DNA of 64,000 nucleotides from a virus (Duplodnaviria; Heunggongvirae; Uroviricota; Caudoviricetes): IMG/VR virus record IMGVR_UViG_2877982868_000014; one strand, 5' to 3'. Shown piece by piece: positions 1 to 8,471 of this stretch (position 1 is its first letter; each line of letters starts with the position of its first letter). The notes under the pieces were generated by a model. It saw only the letters and a program-made list of their open reading frames with translations, ran no database searches and was not told where the DNA came from. The position numbers and the translations under genes were made by a program.

Positions 1-738
1 TCACTCACTCTCTTTTAAACCAGTTTTAACTGTTTGTGGTTTTGGGTAAGGCTGGACTTTGAATAGCTTTGTGTTGAGGCGTTTTCTGGCCCTCTTGTTC
101 AGAAACCGGATGTAACGAAACTGACGGAATTTATGAACACTGGCTCTGTCGATATTAGCCCTCAGATGTTCACCTCGCTGTCCGCCTCGTTTAATGGCAT
201 TCCTGCAAATCTCGTGATACCACTCGCCATCAAGTTCATAGAATGTTGATTCGTGGCTGCCTACATAATCAAAATTGCTTGCCTGATACACGACACCAAG
301 ACAGCCACAACGCTCATCTGCAAACGACTGAACCCACTGTACCTGCGGATAAAGCTGCCTGATTAGCTTGAGCGCGTAACTGATTGCCCTTGATTCGGAG
401 TTTCTCGGCATACAGTCATGCAGCCATAACCGGTTAAGCTCCATATATTCACGGTTCCGCGTGCCCGTTACGACGCGTGCACCACTGTTTGGATTAAGGG
501 CATAGCCCCATTGCATTACGCCAACCAGCTCCCGTTCTGAAAATATGCCCAGATGAAGGTAGGAGTTATTTACGAAACGGTGGCTGTAATGTTTATTGAC
601 GATGACCAGTCTGGCCAGCCAGCAACTTATTGTCTCAACCCGCAACTCACGGGAGCCATAACCAACGATATTGTCGTTATAGCGAATAAGTTCAGGCGTG
701 CTGATGATACGGGATGTGACTTGCTTTCTGTTCCCCAC
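1..738 (-). CDS. mom: Mom-like DNA modification protein (anti-restriction)
   Basis: 245-aa ORF overlapping the 3' end of a Com-like zinc-finger gene, at the position of Mu mom; stop codon at 1..3. Confidence 0.7.
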   Translation of the reverse strand: MGNRKQVTSRIISTPELIRYNDNIVGYGSRELRVETISCWLARLVIVNKHYSHRFVNNSYLHLGIFSERELVGVMQWGYALNPNSGARVVTGTRNREYMELNRLWLHDCMPRNSESRAISYALKLIRQLYPQVQWVQSFADERCGCLGVVYQASNFDYVGSHESTFYELDGEWYHEICRNAIKRGGQRGEHLRANIDRASVHKFRQFRYIRFLNKRARKRLNTKLFKVQPYPKPQTVKTGLKESE

Positions 739-892
739 GACAGGATTTCCTTGTGTATGTGGGGTGCTCTGTGGCGCTCGGAGATGTGATTTGATTGAGG
801 GTTTTACAGCGCGGACATTTTACTTCCAGATAACTGAAACTGGCCCGTGCCAGTAGCTTATTGCAGTGTCGGCACCGTATGTTTCGATACAT
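692..892 (-). CDS. com: Com-like zinc-finger translational activator of mom
   Basis: [14 protein letters not shown]...VKCPRCK with CxxC-N16-CPRC spacing as in Mu Com; overlaps mom start. Confidence 0.7.
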   Translation of the reverse strand: MYRNIRCRHCNKLLARASFSYLEVKCPRCKTLNQITSPSATEHPTYTRKSCRGEQKASHIPYHQHA

Positions 893-936
893 GGCCGCAT
901 AACCTCCTGCTTTGTTGTTGATGCCTTTCTCATGCA

Positions 937-960
937 ATCGATCGACAAAAACGATCGATT
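937..960. promoter_or_regulatory. Two GATC (Dam) sites in a palindromic tract upstream of com/mom
   Basis: GATC at 940..943 and 953..956 within CAATCGATCGACAAAAACGATCGATTCGAT, 50-65 bp upstream of com ATG; Mu mom is Dam/OxyR controlled. Confidence 0.4.
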
Positions 961-1161
961 CGATTTGTTTAATTGATACAACAAATAGATTGAAAAGTCA
1001 TCAACAATGATTCAGGGCGGTGATTATTTACTTAAAGAAAACGAAGACTTAGGTGGTGAAAACGATCATAAAATGATCATTTTATTGACTTTTTATACAG
1101 TGAAGGTAGGATCGCGCGTATATGTAGTATGTTTCAAATCAACAGGATACTACATAAAGGG

Positions 1162-1191
1162 AGGTCCAGATAGTTACAGCTATCTGGACCT
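1162..1191. repeat. Perfect 12-bp inverted repeat with 6-bp spacer
   Basis: AGGTCCAGATAG-TTACAG-CTATCTGGACCT read directly; no flanking U-tract, so operator-like rather than terminator. Confidence 0.5.
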
Positions 1192-1293
1192 GGAACAAAT
1201 TCGCATCAATGCTTTACTTCGAGCTCGTGTCGTATCCTATGATATTCCCCGGTCTCCTGTAAAGCAGAGATGCATAAAAAGGAGATCTTTATC

Positions 1294-1464
1294 ATGGATA
1301 AAGAGCCTGTTTGCCCTGCCTGTAAGACTCCCTTACAGCTCATCTATCGCCGTTCTCGATCTCAAAATGGCAAGACATACAAACCCCAAAATGCGTCCTG
1401 TTTCAGGATGCTGATATGTCCTGCCTGTTCTCCCCGGAGGGAAAGTACACAAAACGTGCATTAA
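1294..1464 (+). CDS. Small zinc-ribbon protein (two CPAC motifs), function unknown
   Basis: AAGGAG Shine-Dalgarno 9 nt before ATG; MDKEPVCPACK...MLICPACS; convergent with minus-strand small genes. Confidence 0.5.
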   Translation: MDKEPVCPACKTPLQLIYRRSRSQNGKTYKPQNASCFRMLICPACSPRRESTQNVH

Positions 1465-1473
1465 CAAATTCAC

Positions 1474-1493
1474 CCGGCAGGGAAACCTGCCGG
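1474..1493. terminator. Hairpin between convergent genes (possible bidirectional terminator)
   Basis: CCGGCAGG-GAAA-CCTGCCGG perfect 8-bp stem; moderately U-rich flanks on both strands. Confidence 0.45.
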
Positions 1494-1502
1494 TCGGTAT
1501 TG

Positions 1503-1748
1503 TTACATCATAGTACCGTCAGTTCCGGGCTGAACCGGCTCTGGTTGCTCTACGGCTTGAGGCTCATTCTCCGTGCTGTTTTCAGCCGGAGAATGGCCAA
1601 CCATTCGGGCCAGCACTTCATCAACATATGCGTCGATTTGTGCCTCAAAATCCTTGCGAACCTGCGCCTTCAGCACGCGGTTCACTTCTTCAGAATAAAG
1701 TGCCTGTTTGACAAGCTCTTCAGTAACCGTGCCTTTAATCTCTGGCAT
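1503..1748 (-). CDS. Small acidic protein (81 aa), unknown
   Basis: AAGGAG SD 8 nt upstream; 16 acidic vs 7 basic residues; opposite-strand ORF has shadow-like composition. Confidence 0.5.
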   Translation of the reverse strand: MPEIKGTVTEELVKQALYSEEVNRVLKAQVRKDFEAQIDAYVDEVLARMVGHSPAENSTENEPQAVEQPEPVQPGTDGTMM

Positions 1749-1783
1749 GAATATTCTCCTTTTGCAGGTATATTGCCCCGTTA

Positions 1784-1966
1784 TCAGAGCGGGGTCGGGT
1801 CGTTTGGGGATGACGGTGCCTGTGCTGTTTTACTGAGTTTTTCAGCTGCCGCATCATCAATTTTACGGCGAATATAATTTCTGATGACCTTATAACCGCC
1901 GCTCACCAGATATAACGCACTGACCACTGCGCAGAAATAAAGCAGCATTGTATGAACGAATGTCAT
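1784..1966 (-). CDS. Small membrane protein (60 aa, one TM helix), unknown
   Basis: AAGGTAAGG SD; hydrophobic LLYFCAVVSALYLVSG then basic tail. Confidence 0.45.
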   Translation of the reverse strand: MTFVHTMLLYFCAVVSALYLVSGGYKVIRNYIRRKIDDAAAEKLSKTAQAPSSPNDPTPL

Positions 1967-2034
1967 ATAACCTTACCTTTGATATTGACTACATAATTCG
2001 TTATCGGGTAAAAACATCGAAGCGACTGATAACC

Positions 2035-2059
2035 ACTCCTTCGGGAGTATTTTTATTTT
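2035..2059 (+). terminator. Intrinsic terminator (plus strand)
   Basis: ACTCC-TTCG-GGAGT hairpin followed by ATTTTTATTTT. Confidence 0.45.
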
Positions 2060-2078
2060 CCTTTATGGGTTAGGTAGC

Positions 2079-2114
2079 TCCCGCCAGCCATATCATGACC
2101 GGCGGGATTTTTTT
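2079..2114 (+). terminator. Intrinsic terminator (plus strand), abutting the esterase stop codon
   Basis: TCCCGCCAG...CCGGCGGGA stem followed by TTTTTTT. Confidence 0.45.
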
Positions 2115-4152
2115 ATTCTGTTACCGCTTTTTTCACTTCCACCACAATGCTGTCAATCAGCACCGGGTAAGTTGCATTTTTTGTGATATCCGTTACGCGG
2201 AGTTTGTCCACCGGGAAAGTTCCTACTGGTGACTGCGTCAGGGTAAACGCGGCACCATCCTGACCATCAATAACCGGAATAACCTGAAGGCTGTTATTTC
2301 CTGCAAAACGGAAGGCCAGCGTATGCCATTCATTATCAAATGCACCAAAGGTTCCCAGTTTCTGGTTATTTGTTGCCACTTTTGCATTGTGGTACATCAC
2401 ATTCAGGTCTTTTGCGTCTGTCTGGATGTAGAACGATGCCAGCAGATTATTCCCTGCATCCCCTGTCAGGGTGACACCCTGCGGCAGAGAGGAAACCGGC
2501 CAGTAAAGCGCCATGACATACTGGTTTGCCACCAGGTCGCCCGGTACTTTAAAACGACAACTGATTAAACCACCATTTTTCAGCAGTTCAGCACCAGTAC
2601 CGGCATCATGATCCAGATACCAGGATGATTTACCTGTTTCCTTGGTCAGTTTCATTGCCTTACCACCTGTGCCTCCTGCATCACTGATAATTTCAGCTTT
2701 ACCGCCAGCCGGCTCCCAGCCCTGGGCTTTCAGATTTCCTTCTGACTCACTGACACGGTAAGACAGCAGTGTTGTGGTTACTGCTTCAGTTTCTGAAGGT
2801 GACGGCACTGGTGCTTCAGTTTCAGAAGATGGAACATCGGCTTTTACTGTGGTTCGCCCCGCATGAGTCAGAACTGCCGTGGCCAGACGGTCGGAAATAA
2901 TCCCACGACGTGCCCATGAACTGAAATGGCTGGCCCGGTCCGTAGATGTCCAGGTGGCGGCACTGTTACGCCACGTTGAGCCGTAATAACCAATGGATTC
3001 AATATCCGGGTCTTCTGCCGGATTGTTGGTGGGTACATTCGCGCCATTTTCATCTGTCATTAATGGGACGAAATGAATGTTTTTATCTGTTTTATTTTTG
3101 TAGCCGTCATAGATTGCCTGGTATGCCTGTTCGTTTTTCTGTTTCCAGAAATACGTGGTATCACCACAAATCCACGGAACGCCAGCAGCACTGCCACCGG
3201 TACACTGTTCCGCCTGTTCAGCCAGGTCTGCGCGGAATTTTTCCACCATCGCCAGAAACAGCGCAGAATGCTCCGTCGGCTTCGCATCAATATCAAACTC
3301 GCCCTGCATCCACACCACAGCAAGCAGGCGGTTTTTCGGGTTCTTCGCCAGTGCCGCTTTTGTCCGGCTGATTAAGTCCTTATACAGCGGCTTATCCACA
3401 CCCCAGCGGGCTGAGTCCTCTGAAGCACCCGTGCTGTCACTGTACGTGCCGTCAGCACCCGCCGTGAATGCAGAACCACCACGGCAGCAGGGAACCAGCA
3501 GAATCCCCGCATCTGCCGGAATAAACGGCAGCAGTTTTTTGGCAATGTGAAGCCCCTGACCCACGGTGCCATATTGCCCTTTAGCCACATCCGCTTTCGG
3601 GTGATTTTTTCCACTCATATCCTGCACATCATGCAGACAGTGGTCGGCCAGAATGATGTCGTTATACTGACAGGCTTTACCTCCCGGCGTGACTGTACTG
3701 CGACGGGCTAACTGCATAATACGCGGTTCGGGGCGGTCATATGTCTCCGGCAGTGGCAGACCTTCACCGTAAGCCATACCGTTTGACTGACCAGCAAGAA
3801 CCACCACGTAATACCAGGAAGGGGAGCTGGAAGCAGTTTCATTTCCTGACGGACGGGTATGTGTTTCAGCATTATCCCAGTCTGACGGTTCAGCAGTACC
3901 GGCAACATCAGCACTTAACGGAATGACCGCACCAATACCCGCTCCGGTAATTTCCACACTCGGATCACCGGATACTGGCCTTACCCACAGGCAATCCCGT
4001 GTATTAAAACTGATGAGACAGTCAGCAAATGTCATTCCTCCTTTTGTTTCGGCCGGAGGAAAGGGAGCCTCAAGAAATGCCGCTGTACCACCGGAAACTT
4101 TAACAGTAAAGTTTCCGGGCATTGATGATAGTTGAACCCATTTGGACGTCAT
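2113..4152 (-). CDS. SASA/SGNH-family carbohydrate esterase with C-terminal lectin-like domain (NanS-p-like sialate O-acetylesterase candidate)
   Basis: 679 aa; VVVLAGQSNGMAYGEG (GQSN motif of sialate O-acetylesterase family); SETEAPVPSPSETEA linker; about 230-aa C-terminal domain; between gin and com/mom where Mu has no gene. Confidence 0.6.
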   Translation of the reverse strand: MTSKWVQLSSMPGNFTVKVSGGTAAFLEAPFPPAETKGGMTFADCLISFNTRDCLWVRPVSGDPSVEITGAGIGAVIPLSADVAGTAEPSDWDNAETHTRPSGNETASSSPSWYYVVVLAGQSNGMAYGEGLPLPETYDRPEPRIMQLARRSTVTPGGKACQYNDIILADHCLHDVQDMSGKNHPKADVAKGQYGTVGQGLHIAKKLLPFIPADAGILLVPCCRGGSAFTAGADGTYSDSTGASEDSARWGVDKPLYKDLISRTKAALAKNPKNRLLAVVWMQGEFDIDAKPTEHSALFLAMVEKFRADLAEQAEQCTGGSAAGVPWICGDTTYFWKQKNEQAYQAIYDGYKNKTDKNIHFVPLMTDENGANVPTNNPAEDPDIESIGYYGSTWRNSAATWTSTDRASHFSSWARRGIISDRLATAVLTHAGRTTVKADVPSSETEAPVPSPSETEAVTTTLLSYRVSESEGNLKAQGWEPAGGKAEIISDAGGTGGKAMKLTKETGKSSWYLDHDAGTGAELLKNGGLISCRFKVPGDLVANQYVMALYWPVSSLPQGVTLTGDAGNNLLASFYIQTDAKDLNVMYHNAKVATNNQKLGTFGAFDNEWHTLAFRFAGNNSLQVIPVIDGQDGAAFTLTQSPVGTFPVDKLRVTDITKNATYPVLIDSIVVEVKKAVTE

Positions 4153-4251
4153 AATAATCAGCCTGTTCCTGAATAAACTGAATTATCATATCCACAGACC
4201 GATAAACGCCATTTTGCGTTAATTCAGTAAAGGCCCAACAAAGAGAGCGTC

Positions 4252-4812
4252 TTATTTTTCCGAAACGCTCGCAGGATAATAACGATAAAGGGTTGAAAGA
4301 CCGATATCAAAAATAAGTGCCACCTGTCTTCGACTGACACCCCCGGCCAGTAAACGCCCGACCTGCTCGTATTGTTCCTGCGTGAGACGGCGGGGTCTGC
4401 CGCCGGTTCGTCCCCTTTCACGGGCAGCTGCAAGACCAGCCCGTGTCCGTTCGACAATTAATTCACGCTCCATTTCTGCCAGCGCACCCATTATGTGAAA
4501 AAAGAAGCGCCCCATGGGGGTTGACGTATCAATGTTGTCAGTAAAACTACGAAAATTTATCCCCTGTTGCTGTAATTCATCTGTCAGCGCAACAAGGTGG
4601 CGCATACTGCGCCCCAGCCTGTCCAGTTTCCAGACCATCAGCGTGTCACCGGGTTTTAGTTTCTTCAGTGCCCGCTTCAGTCCCGGCCGCTGTGTCGTTT
4701 TACCACTCATTTTGTCTTCAAAAATCTGCTCACATCCTGCACATTCCAGCGCATTTCTTTGTAAACCTGTGTTCTGGTCATTTGTTGATACGCGTATATA
4801 GCCAATCAGCAT
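4252..4812 (-). CDS. gin: Serine DNA invertase (Gin/Pin/Hin family)
   Basis: MLIGYIRVSTNDQNTGLQ... resolvase N-terminal domain with catalytic Ser, C-terminal HTH; adjacent to inverted repeats in tail-fibre gene. Confidence 0.9.
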   Translation of the reverse strand: MLIGYIRVSTNDQNTGLQRNALECAGCEQIFEDKMSGKTTQRPGLKRALKKLKPGDTLMVWKLDRLGRSMRHLVALTDELQQQGINFRSFTDNIDTSTPMGRFFFHIMGALAEMERELIVERTRAGLAAARERGRTGGRPRRLTQEQYEQVGRLLAGGVSRRQVALIFDIGLSTLYRYYPASVSEK

Positions 4813-4866
4813 GTATTTACCTTCCTTAAAAAGAGGTGGAAAGGCCTTTTAAAGCAGATATACGGC

Positions 4867-5022
4867 ATCCCTGAAACCTCGGTTTACGGGATACGGTAAA
4901 CAGGGCCGCGAATGCCCTGCCATCAAACGGTACGGCTGTTGCAGCAAGCAGGCTGGCAAATGCCCGCAGAATCAATGGTGTCGCCTTTGACGGCACGCAG
5001 GATATAAACATTACGTCAGGAA
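4867..5022. repeat. Inverted repeat (gin-proximal copy) containing gix-like crossover site at 4867..4892
   Basis: ATCCCTGAAACC-TC-GGTTTACGGGAT 26-bp imperfect palindrome; about 150 bp near-identical in inverse orientation to 6163..6317. Confidence 0.6.
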
Positions 5023-5246
5023 TGCCGGAATCAACGGCCAATCAGCGTTATGTTACAGGGGTAAGACTGGGAGCGCAGGCATTAAGCGGCGGACTGGAAT
5101 ATAATTACTCCCTGTCATCAGGAAATGTGATTACCGGTTTTAAGACTAACGGAGACTGGGAAATGCGTGGTGGTGATGACCGTGTTTATTACAGACAGAT
5201 ACAATATTGTATTAATGGGCATTGGGTATCCGCTGCAAGTATTTAA
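5023..5246 (+). CDS. Alternative tail-fibre C-terminal variable part (S-prime, silent in this orientation)
   Basis: Homologous to C-terminus of the 5924..6835 fibre (RYVTGVRLGAQ / VYYRQIQYCINGHW); lies inside invertible segment followed by tfa. Confidence 0.5.
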
Positions 5247-5367
5247 TTAACGGGGGCATAGCACACAGCAGCCAGCATCTGAAATATGCGTTATTTCAGA
5301 CAAGCATTGCCTGTATATGGCGATAGTATTATTCCTGTTTTTATCATTGATTTACATGGTGATGTTT

Positions 5368-5889
5368 ATGCAACTGATTAATGTCAAACGATATTACCCG
5401 AAAGACAAACCCTATGGTGAGGATGTTCAGTATTTCCAGAGTGAGGACGGAAGGGATTTTTATGAATCTATCCCGCTTTTCACAAAGAAATACAAACTCT
5501 GTATTTCGCCTGTAACGGGTATTATCTGCTCTGTTGCTGAAGATGTCTCTGCTTTATATCCGGCAGGTTTTACTGTTGTTGAAGTGGACGAACTGCCGGA
5601 AGGTGTGAATATTGACGGTAACTGGCAGTTTTCTGATGGCCTGATATCAAAGGTGCCGGTAAACTGGAAGACGGTTGCTGAAAAGCGTCGCTCATCGCTG
5701 CTCCAGGAAGCCAACGAAACCGTGGATGACTGGAAAACAGAATTAAAACTGGACATGATTAGCGATGAAAATAAATTACAGCTGACGCGCTGGATGGCGT
5801 ATATCCGACAGCTTAAAGAAATGCACTTTAATGATATTGCCAGTGAGGGGCATTACCAGGCGATTCCCTGGCCGGAAAAACCGGAATAA
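5368..5889 (+). CDS. Tail fibre assembly chaperone (Tfa/U-like)
   Basis: 173 aa from MQLINVKRYYPKD...; Tfa family features (N-terminal SEDGRDFYES, DGNWQF, C-terminal WPEKPE). Confidence 0.75.
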   Translation: MQLINVKRYYPKDKPYGEDVQYFQSEDGRDFYESIPLFTKKYKLCISPVTGIICSVAEDVSALYPAGFTVVEVDELPEGVNIDGNWQFSDGLISKVPVNWKTVAEKRRSSLLQEANETVDDWKTELKLDMISDENKLQLTRWMAYIRQLKEMHFNDIASEGHYQAIPWPEKPE

Positions 5890-5923
5890 TTCAGAGGGTG
5901 CATTCAGCACCCTTTTCTGTGGT

Positions 5924-6835
5924 TTACACTGAACTTACCGATCTCCAGGCATTATTAATATAAATCTGAACCGGGCGATAATAGACCCCACCGATATTGT
6001 CCGCAGACCGGGAGCCGGTTTCCTGCACGTTAATACCGGAAAGCATACAACCGGAAGGTGCGCTGTAATTCCATGATATTTCATTGCCTCCGGGTGAATG
6101 ATAGCTCTGTGCTCCAAGCTGAACATTCTGTACATACCGGCCATCTGCGGTTGACTGCGTCATTCCTGACGTGATGTTGATATCCTGCGTTCCGTCAAAA
6201 GGAACGCCATTAATATTTCTTGGGGTGGCGAGTCTGTTTGCTGCCACGGCGGTTCCACCCGATGGCAGGGCATCAGCAGCCTTATTTACCGTTTCCCGTA
6301 AACCGACGTTATCGATAAAAGCGCCTTTATCCGGAATGTCTGCGCCGTTCTGCTCCCTGCGCAGGTAACGGTTATCACCTTCGCTCCTGCTGTAAACATC
6401 CAGATTATTACGGGCGGTTTCCGCATTCTCCAGGTCGGCAAGGTTCTGATCCTTCGCCAGGGCATTAACGTCAGCGGGACCAAGACTGTTTTTTGTGGCA
6501 AGCGTCCCCAGACCAAGATAACCACGGGCCAGACGCTGGGCTTCCGCACCGGCATCAGCAATTTCTTTCAGGTTGTTTTTCCGGGAAAAGGCATTCGCAG
6601 CGATAATGGCTTTAATGGACAGCGTAAGCTGGTTTAACTGCGCCTTATCCGGCTGAATACTGGCTTCAGCCAGAATATTCAGCAGTTCGGCCTGGAGAAT
6701 ATTCAGCCAGTCCTGACCAATCCAGCTGATACCTTTTTGTCCGTCACCTTCGGTAAACCAGGTGGTGGTATTACTCTGCGCCGGAGCCAGTTCAGGCATA
6801 TTCGCCACGCCGGAATTATTATCAACATGGAACAT
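5924..6835 (-). CDS. Tail fibre protein (S-like), constant N-terminus plus currently fused variable C-terminus
   Basis: Start ATG overlaps upstream stop (TAATG); C-terminus ...VYYRPVQIYINNAWRSVSSV resembles P2 H-type fibre ends. Confidence 0.8.
   Translation of the reverse strand: MFHVDNNSGVANMPELAPAQSNTTTWFTEGDGQKGISWIGQDWLNILQAELLNILAEASIQPDKAQLNQLTLSIKAIIAANAFSRKNNLKEIADAGAEAQRLARGYLGLGTLATKNSLGPADVNALAKDQNLADLENAETARNNLDVYSRSEGDNRYLRREQNGADIPDKGAFIDNVGLRETVNKAADALPSGGTAVAANRLATPRNINGVPFDGTQDINITSGMTQSTADGRYVQNVQLGAQSYHSPGGNEISWNYSAPSGCMLSGINVQETGSRSADNIGGVYYRPVQIYINNAWRSVSSV
6163..6317. repeat. Inverted repeat (fibre-internal copy) with gix-like site at 6292..6317
   Basis: Reverse complement matches 4867..5022; core CCCGTAAACCGA shared with the gin-proximal site. 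Confidence 0.55.
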
Positions 6836-7395
6836 TAAATAGTCTCCTCTTCGTGACTGTTTGCATATACGTAAATAAACGTCTGCCATGCAGGCTTATA
6901 ACGGTTCAGAATACATTCCAGCGCACCACCCTCATAAATACGCAGCGGGGTGAGAATATCATCCAGCACATTCATATTCCGGTAGCCGGTTTCACTGTTT
7001 ATCGTGACAATACTGACCCACTGTGAATCCGGTGATGGCTGAATATCTATTTCATAACCAAACTCTGCCGCAAACCGGATATAAAATTCACGGTTAAGAG
7101 AGGGTTTCATCCGGTATTTATTCCCTGCATAACGCTGACGTTCCTGAATGGTTGCGCCGGTCATATCACATTCCGGTAACCCCAGATAACGCTCCCAGTC
7201 TTCCAGCAGCAGACGGGATGAATCAGGAAAACGTTCTGCCAGCATCTGGTTACCGGTCCAGGAAACACGCTCCGTGGAATGACTGAGGCCCAGGCACAAA
7301 GCTGCAAGAACGGATGACGGCCGCTTATCCCATGCCAGCCCGTCAGGCAGCAACTGCAACAGGGCGCGCTGATGCGGGGTCAGGGTTACAGCCAT
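6835..7395 (-). CDS. Baseplate protein (Mu gp48 / P2 gpI-like)
   Basis: 186 aa, position between gp47-like and fibre gene. Confidence 0.75.
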   Translation of the reverse strand: MAVTLTPHQRALLQLLPDGLAWDKRPSSVLAALCLGLSHSTERVSWTGNQMLAERFPDSSRLLLEDWERYLGLPECDMTGATIQERQRYAGNKYRMKPSLNREFYIRFAAEFGYEIDIQPSPDSQWVSIVTINSETGYRNMNVLDDILTPLRIYEGGALECILNRYKPAWQTFIYVYANSHEEETI

Positions 7396-8471
7396 GTGAT
7401 TTCCCCCACAGTCAGCAACTCTGTATCTCCGGCCATCACGGACTTCAGCGGACTGCGAACTTCAAAATCCTCCAGTCCTTTCACCCCTGCAACAGCCCGC
7501 CAGAATGATGAAGGCAATACAAGTCCACCCGGCCGCGATTCGTTATAAAGCAGGTCCGTTAATGCCTGTTTTACGGCAGCCTGATTTTCCGGCGTTTTGG
7601 GTACAATCCTGATCTCAAACGCCACCGGCTTATTGGTCAGCTTAAACACGCTGATTGTCGGCCCAAGTGGCTGACCAACGGGCTGGCCCGTCGCCGGATC
7701 ATCATGACTGCGGATATAATCCGCCACCCGCTTCACATCACCTTCTCCGGGGAAAATGTCAGGGTTATTATCCTGAACAAAAGTCACACCAACACTACCC
7801 GCCTCAGGCCATTCAGGCTTACACCATGCCCGCGTCACGCCCGGTACTTCCCGTGCCCAGCGTTCAAAATCATACTGTGTTCCCCCTGATGGCGGGTTCT
7901 GTACCCGGAATACCAGCCTGGACAGCAACTCCGGCACCGTTTCCACATCCGCACCACCGGTGAGTCCCGTGCCGGTAACCGTGGCTGTCTGGTTGATGCC
8001 CGCCTGTGGCGTGATAAAGGACAGGCGGGTTCCGGTCGGGGTATTTCCGGCGCGCCCCGCACTTTCCGCCTCCACATTAACATTCAGTGTTCCGGCTTTT
8101 CCGGTCGCAGAGCCGGTGATGCGGTACACAACACCATCGCTTCGCTGAAGGAGTACGCCTTCCGTGATCCCTGCATCCGTGGTCAGCATCAGTTGTACCG
8201 GTCCGTCAGCGCGGGAAGCCGGTTTACGGATGACACCCCAGAATGCGCAGTGTTTCAGGAGTTCGGCTTCATCAGCTTCTGTCGGAATTATCTGCCGGGA
8301 GATCCAGGCCAGATGTTCATGCTCCTGTGCTGACAGACCCGCCAGTGCATACGCAATGGCATTCAGGGTGGTTTCATTCACGCCCGGCTGCGAACCGGGC
8401 AGGCGCTGGCTGATATCCTGTTGTGTCTGTGTGATCAGTTGCGCCAGTGGTAAGGGCTGATAAGGCATCAT
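7386..8471 (-). CDS. Baseplate wedge protein (Mu gp47 / gpJ-like)
   Basis: 361 aa, Mu tail-module synteny. Confidence 0.8.
   Translation of the reverse strand: MMPYQPLPLAQLITQTQQDISQRLPGSQPGVNETTLNAIAYALAGLSAQEHEHLAWISRQIIPTEADEAELLKHCAFWGVIRKPASRADGPVQLMLTTDAGITEGVLLQRSDGVVYRITGSATGKAGTLNVNVEAESAGRAGNTPTGTRLSFITPQAGINQTATVTGTGLTGGADVETVPELLSRLVFRVQNPPSGGTQYDFERWAREVPGVTRAWCKPEWPEAGSVGVTFVQDNNPDIFPGEGDVKRVADYIRSHDDPATGQPVGQPLGPTISVFKLTNKPVAFEIRIVPKTPENQAAVKQALTDLLYNESRPGGLVLPSSFWRAVAGVKGLEDFEVRSPLKSVMAGDTELLTVGEITWL

Larger units (their letters stand above)
4880..6305. other. Gin-invertible tail-fibre segment (G-segment-like, about 1.4 kb)
   Basis: Bounded by inverted gix-like sites; contains alternative fibre C-terminal coding parts on opposite strands and one tfa gene. 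Confidence 0.6.

Noticed and set aside
1416-1877. 153-aa plus-strand ORF
   Set aside because: Leu/Arg/Ser/Cys-rich shadow composition; overlaps two minus-strand ORFs that have strong Shine-Dalgarno sequences and a convergent terminator layout.
4826-5041. 71-aa minus-strand ORF, and its mirror at 6171..6368
   Set aside because: Both are out-of-frame readings of the two inverted-repeat copies of the fibre gene; their similarity reflects the repeats, not genes.
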